Shown here in pieces: positions 25,298-28,348 of a DNA stretch of 28,348 bases; position 1 is the first letter of the stretch; each line of letters starts with the position of its first letter. The translations under genes were made by a program, and so were the position numbers. The stretch is from a virus (lineage: Duplodnaviria > Caudoviricetes), in IMG/VR virus record IMGVR_UViG_3300048577_000452, positions 1 to 28,348 of that record. The stretch is one strand, 5' to 3'. The notes under the pieces are model-generated. The model saw only the letters and a program-made list of their open reading frames with translations. It made no database searches and was not told the DNA's origin.

Positions 25298-26758
25298 ATG
25301 ACATACATTCCTACGCACATTTCGCGGCAAGCGCCGAATGCGGATACGCAGTTTTCCATGACGGACAAGGTCAACCAGAATCTCGACGTGATTGCCGATG
25401 AGTTCACTGCCAAAGACGAGAGCATTGCGGCGCTGGGGCTCGCTGTCGGAGCGGTTCAGGAAAGCGTCACGACGCTCGGGACTGCTGTGGGGACTCTTGA
25501 AGGCGAAGTGGATGAGCTGCAAACGGCTTTGCCTGCGATGCAGGCTGTGATCGAGGAATTACCTGCAGGTATTGCATCGGCAATCGAATCGAGCGAATTC
25601 GCTGCGAACCAGATTACGACGGGAACCATGGACGGCGACAGGCTGCCTGCAATGTCTGCGGACAAAAAGGGCGGTGTTCCTGCGACCGGTTCGGATGCCG
25701 GGAAAGTGCTGAAACAGGCAGGCTGGACGTTTCCGGACATGATCGACCTGGTTGGCGGCAGGCTGGCTCGTGCGTCGGATAGTCAACTGAAATACGAGTT
25801 TTCGTTCAACAACATGATCACACTGTGGGATGCTGCGCAAACTCGATGGCGATTCGTGCGGTCCGCAGCGGAACCGACGTTCGCAAACAACGGCACGGAG
25901 CTTTTGGGCGGAGCGTTGGCGCAAGATACGGTATACGATGTGTTCGCAGAGATGATAGACGAGACGTCGTTTGCTCTGCGATTTCTTTCGTGGAGGGCAA
26001 GCGGTGCTGGCACTTCGTCTCGAAGTGCTGCGTGGCAAACGGGCCAGAATTATCCGGCATTTTACCGGGCATCAGATGGCGGGAATTACTACGTTTGCAT
26101 TCAGGCGCATCTTTCGGCGGCTGCGAATCGACCTGGTTCGGGAGCATCGTGGCAGGATTACTGGTACAGCTACGGATCGGATGCGAAATGCTTGGCTGTG
26201 CAGGACGGAGTCGAAGTGCTCGGCGGGTTGGCTGGCGGTTCGTATGCATGGGACGGTCGCAAATATCGGTTTCTCGGACTCAATCGGCTGGAAACGGGCG
26301 GAATCTTTGCGGACAACATGTCTCGGCGGTTCGTGGTAAACAAGTATAATCAACGGCGACGATTGGTTGAAATCATCTGTTTCCCTGCGAGCTGGACCTA
26401 CAATTCCACGACGGTTCGTGAGAGCGCGGGCGGTGGCGCAAACGTGTTACGAGGCGAATTTCTCGCGCTGAAACCGGTGGAACTGTACGGTTGCTATTCG
26501 CAGTGCGTTACTCCAGGCGGTTCAGGCAATGCTGTTGAAGGCGGTCTGGCGATCAATACCACGACAGACTTCGCATACAAGAGATACTACTGCATTTCAC
26601 AGACAGACACATTTCAAGCGACGCTGAATAATTCAGTGACAGTTCAAGCGAGCGGATACAACTGGATCACGGGAGTCGAGAAGTGCTCGCAGAATGGCAT
26701 TGATGCCACGTTTGTGGGTGGCAACTATTTCGCAGGAAACGTCATCATAGAGGCATAA
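25298..26758 (+). CDS. Tail fibre protein with N-terminal coiled coil and CBM5/12-like carbohydrate-binding insert
   Basis: SD GGAG; heptads near the N-terminus; ITTGTMDGDRLP fibre motif; AWQTGQNY...GNYYVCIQAHLS...PG...W. Confidence 0.75.
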   Translation: MTYIPTHISRQAPNADTQFSMTDKVNQNLDVIADEFTAKDESIAALGLAVGAVQESVTTLGTAVGTLEGEVDELQTALPAMQAVIEELPAGIASAIESSEFAANQITTGTMDGDRLPAMSADKKGGVPATGSDAGKVLKQAGWTFPDMIDLVGGRLARASDSQLKYEFSFNNMITLWDAAQTRWRFVRSAAEPTFANNGTELLGGALAQDTVYDVFAEMIDETSFALRFLSWRASGAGTSSRSAAWQTGQNYPAFYRASDGGNYYVCIQAHLSAAANRPGSGASWQDYWYSYGSDAKCLAVQDGVEVLGGLAGGSYAWDGRKYRFLGLNRLETGGIFADNMSRRFVVNKYNQRRRLVEIICFPASWTYNSTTVRESAGGGANVLRGEFLALKPVELYGCYSQCVTPGGSGNAVEGGLAINTTTDFAYKRYYCISQTDTFQATLNNSVTVQASGYNWITGVEKCSQNGIDATFVGGNYFAGNVIIEA

Positions 26759-26760
26759 TC

Positions 26761-27198
26761 ATGGACGTACACGAGCTGTTGGAAGAAACGCGACGACTGA
26801 CGAACGAATGCAGGGCTGTGGGTTTGCCGTCGGCAACATTAGTGTTCAATAGCGATCTCACGTTGTGTGGAGAGCCGCACGAATTGTTCAAGCTTGTGCG
26901 GGCTGCGCATGGAACGGCGCTCGATTCTGCTGAAACGCTGGCGCTGAGGGATCGGCTTGGAGCTGAATCTGCCGAATGGCTGGCATACGTGACAGCGAGA
27001 AACGAACAGATCCAATGCAGACGCAGAGCTGCGTATGCAGAGCGCACGGATTCGTTGCTGGCTGATGCTTTGGGAGATGCTGAAGCAATAGAAGATCCTG
27101 AGACTGGCTGCTATGCCATACGAATTCCGAAGACGAAATGGGACTCGTGGCATGCGGCTCGACGGGAAATTCAGGAAGAATTGCCGTATCCAACATGA
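26761..27198 (+). CDS. Putative tail fibre assembly chaperone
   Basis: SD GAGG; RRAAYAERTDSL...W.AARREIQEELPYP C-terminal motif typical of fibre chaperones. Confidence 0.75.
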   Translation: MDVHELLEETRRLTNECRAVGLPSATLVFNSDLTLCGEPHELFKLVRAAHGTALDSAETLALRDRLGAESAEWLAYVTARNEQIQCRRRAAYAERTDSLLADALGDAEAIEDPETGCYAIRIPKTKWDSWHAARREIQEELPYPT

Positions 27199-27287
27199 CG
27201 GAAGACCTGATGACGATAGCATACTTGTTAACAGCCATGTCCGTTTGGATGATTGTTTATACGTATTTCTTTAAAAAGACGCGATGA
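27195..27287 (+). CDS. Small membrane peptide (30 aa), absent from the ORF track
   Basis: ATGA overlap; MTEDLMTIAYLLTAMSVWMIVYTYFFKKTR*, one hydrophobic helix with a basic C-terminus. Confidence 0.55.
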   Translation: MTEDLMTIAYLLTAMSVWMIVYTYFFKKTR

Positions 27288-27289
27288 AC

Positions 27290-27383
27290 AAGTAGAGGAG
27301 CAGTTCTGACCGGTGACGCGGTCAAAACCGAGCAAATGGTGTTTGCTCCCGACAATGCGGACTCCTCAACGCAACGCTGCGAA
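27290..27383 (-). ncRNA. Candidate structured antisense RNA (closing stem plus two hairpins); ends approximate
   Basis: GAGGAG (27295-27300) pairs with CTCCTC (27362-27367), enclosing TGACCG/CGGTCA (27307-27324) and GAGCAAA/TTTGCTC (27330-27348); - strand promoter just upstream. Confidence 0.55.
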
Positions 27384-27388
27384 GAGGA

Positions 27389-27397
27389 ATTCTAGCA
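27389..27397 (-). promoter_or_regulatory. Extended -10 promoter TGcTAGAAT on the - strand
   Basis: + strand ATTCTAGCA reads TGCTAGAAT on the - strand; no convincing -35. Confidence 0.5.
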
Positions 27398-27410
27398 TAC
27401 GACGGAGACT

Positions 27411-27620
27411 ATGGACGCGATAAACGTGACGGAAATCAGGTGCAGCGAGTGCGGCAGGAAGCTCATGGAAGCAGCTCTGAGACTCGACTGCATGTGTCCG
27501 CGATGCAAAAGCATCAACAGAATAGATCTTACCAACCACGAACGCCTTCGAGCGTCGAGCGCGCACGGAGGCGAATCATGCACAGTCCAATCGGATGGGT
27601 CGGCGGAAAGAAGCGGTTAA
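27411..27620 (+). CDS. com: Mu Com-like zinc-finger translational regulator
   Basis: SD GGAG; EIRCSECGRKL...CMCPRCKSINRI (CxxC..CPRC); overlaps the start of the methyltransferase as com overlaps mom in Mu. Confidence 0.85.
   Translation: MDAINVTEIRCSECGRKLMEAALRLDCMCPRCKSINRIDLTNHERLRASSAHGGESCTVQSDGSAERSG
27540..27571 (+). promoter_or_regulatory. Putative Com-binding RNA site and SD of the methyltransferase
   Basis: GAACGCC-TTC-GAGCGTC-GAGCGCG directly before ACGGAGG and ATG 27578. Confidence 0.6.
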
Positions 27621-28348
27621 GAGAAGAGATTCTGAGGCGGTTTCCTGAACACACAACGTATGTGGAAGTGTTCGCAGGCGCTGGCTGGGTGTTGTTCGGG
27701 AAAGATCCAGCAACATCCAAAGCAGAAGCGATCAACGATCTGCACGGAGAGCTGACGAATTTCTATCGATGCGTCAGAGAACGGCCGTTGGAACTCATGG
27801 AACGGCTGAAATTCCGGATGATCAGCGCAGAGGATTTCGCTCGAGAGAAGGACCTGAAAAGCGGGGGGAACAAGGGACGGACCGAAACGGAACGTGCTGC
27901 AGCGTTCTTCTGGCTGTTGAAGCTGAGCTTCGGAGCAAAGGGCATGACGTTCGGATATTCGCTGAAAGACGTTTCATCGTTCAAACCTGAGCTGATTCAG
28001 GACATCATCCAACGAACGCACGAACGGCTGAAGCGAGTCTATGTCTTCAACGAGGACTTTCAGAAGCTGATCATGAGACTGGATCGACCTGAAACGTTCT
28101 TCTACTGCGATCCACCATATTTCGGCTGCGAAAAGGATTACGAGGAACGATTCTCAGAGCAGGATCATGAGCGCTTGGCAGACACGCTGAAGGCAATCAA
28201 GGGCAAGTTTCTTCTGAGCTACAACGATCACGAGAAGGTGAAAGAGCTGTATGCATGGGCGAATATTGAGTGCGTGACAACGCGTTACTCATTGGCGAAG
28301 GACACAAAGGCGCGAGAGCGTGTAACGGAGCTACTCATTTCGAATTAA
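27578..28348 (+). CDS. dam: DNA N6-adenine methyltransferase, Dam/D12 family (256 aa); target specificity not established
   Basis: SPIGWVGGK, YVEVFAGAG (motif I), INDL, FFYCDPPY (motif IV), KFLLSYND, ELLISN; ATG 27578 with SD GGAGG. Confidence 0.93.
   Translation: MHSPIGWVGGKKRLREEILRRFPEHTTYVEVFAGAGWVLFGKDPATSKAEAINDLHGELTNFYRCVRERPLELMERLKFRMISAEDFAREKDLKSGGNKGRTETERAAAFFWLLKLSFGAKGMTFGYSLKDVSSFKPELIQDIIQRTHERLKRVYVFNEDFQKLIMRLDRPETFFYCDPPYFGCEKDYEERFSEQDHERLADTLKAIKGKFLLSYNDHEKVKELYAWANIECVTTRYSLAKDTKARERVTELLISN

Larger units (their letters stand above)
1..28348 (+). mobile_element. Prophage or phage-derived contractile-tail morphogenesis region extending past the left edge; no integrase, att site or clear lysis cassette seen in the window
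   Basis: Continuous co-directional head-tail, sheath, tube, tape measure, baseplate, fibre, com and methyltransferase genes with many ATGA/TGATG/TAATG overlaps. Confidence 0.93.

Noticed and set aside
27295-27367. tRNA
   Set aside because: Only two internal arms, and no T-loop GTTC or D-loop consensus in the right positions
25298-28348. Diversity-generating retroelement or invertible fibre cassette
   Set aside because: No reverse transcriptase, no TR/VR pair differing at adenines, no invertase and no inverted fibre copy seen in the window

Overview
The whole window is one + strand late operon of a contractile-tailed (myovirus-type) prophage or phage-derived particle locus. Gene order: end of a probable capsid gene, head-tail joining and neck genes, tail terminator, sheath, tube, chaperone with a -1 frame extension, tape measure, tube initiator, hub, spike, gp25-LysM, baseplate J and I, wedge, a 1618-aa DUF4815-like protein, two fibre proteins and a fibre chaperone. 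It ends in a Mu-like com zinc-finger / Dam-family methyltransferase module. The most unusual signals are non-coding. (1) An 88-bp duplicated unit packed with sigma-54-type GG-N10-GC motifs on both strands lies mid-operon. (2) Four families of REP-like palindromes fill most large intergenic gaps, sit in frame inside two genes and show compensatory base changes. (3) A probable antisense multi-stem RNA with its own extended -10 promoter lies between a 30-aa membrane peptide gene and com. Protein-level oddities are a ~100-aa module shared by three virion proteins (nested within itself in the sheath) and an apparently segment-permuted hub protein. Products are called from motifs and synteny by eye; no database search was run.
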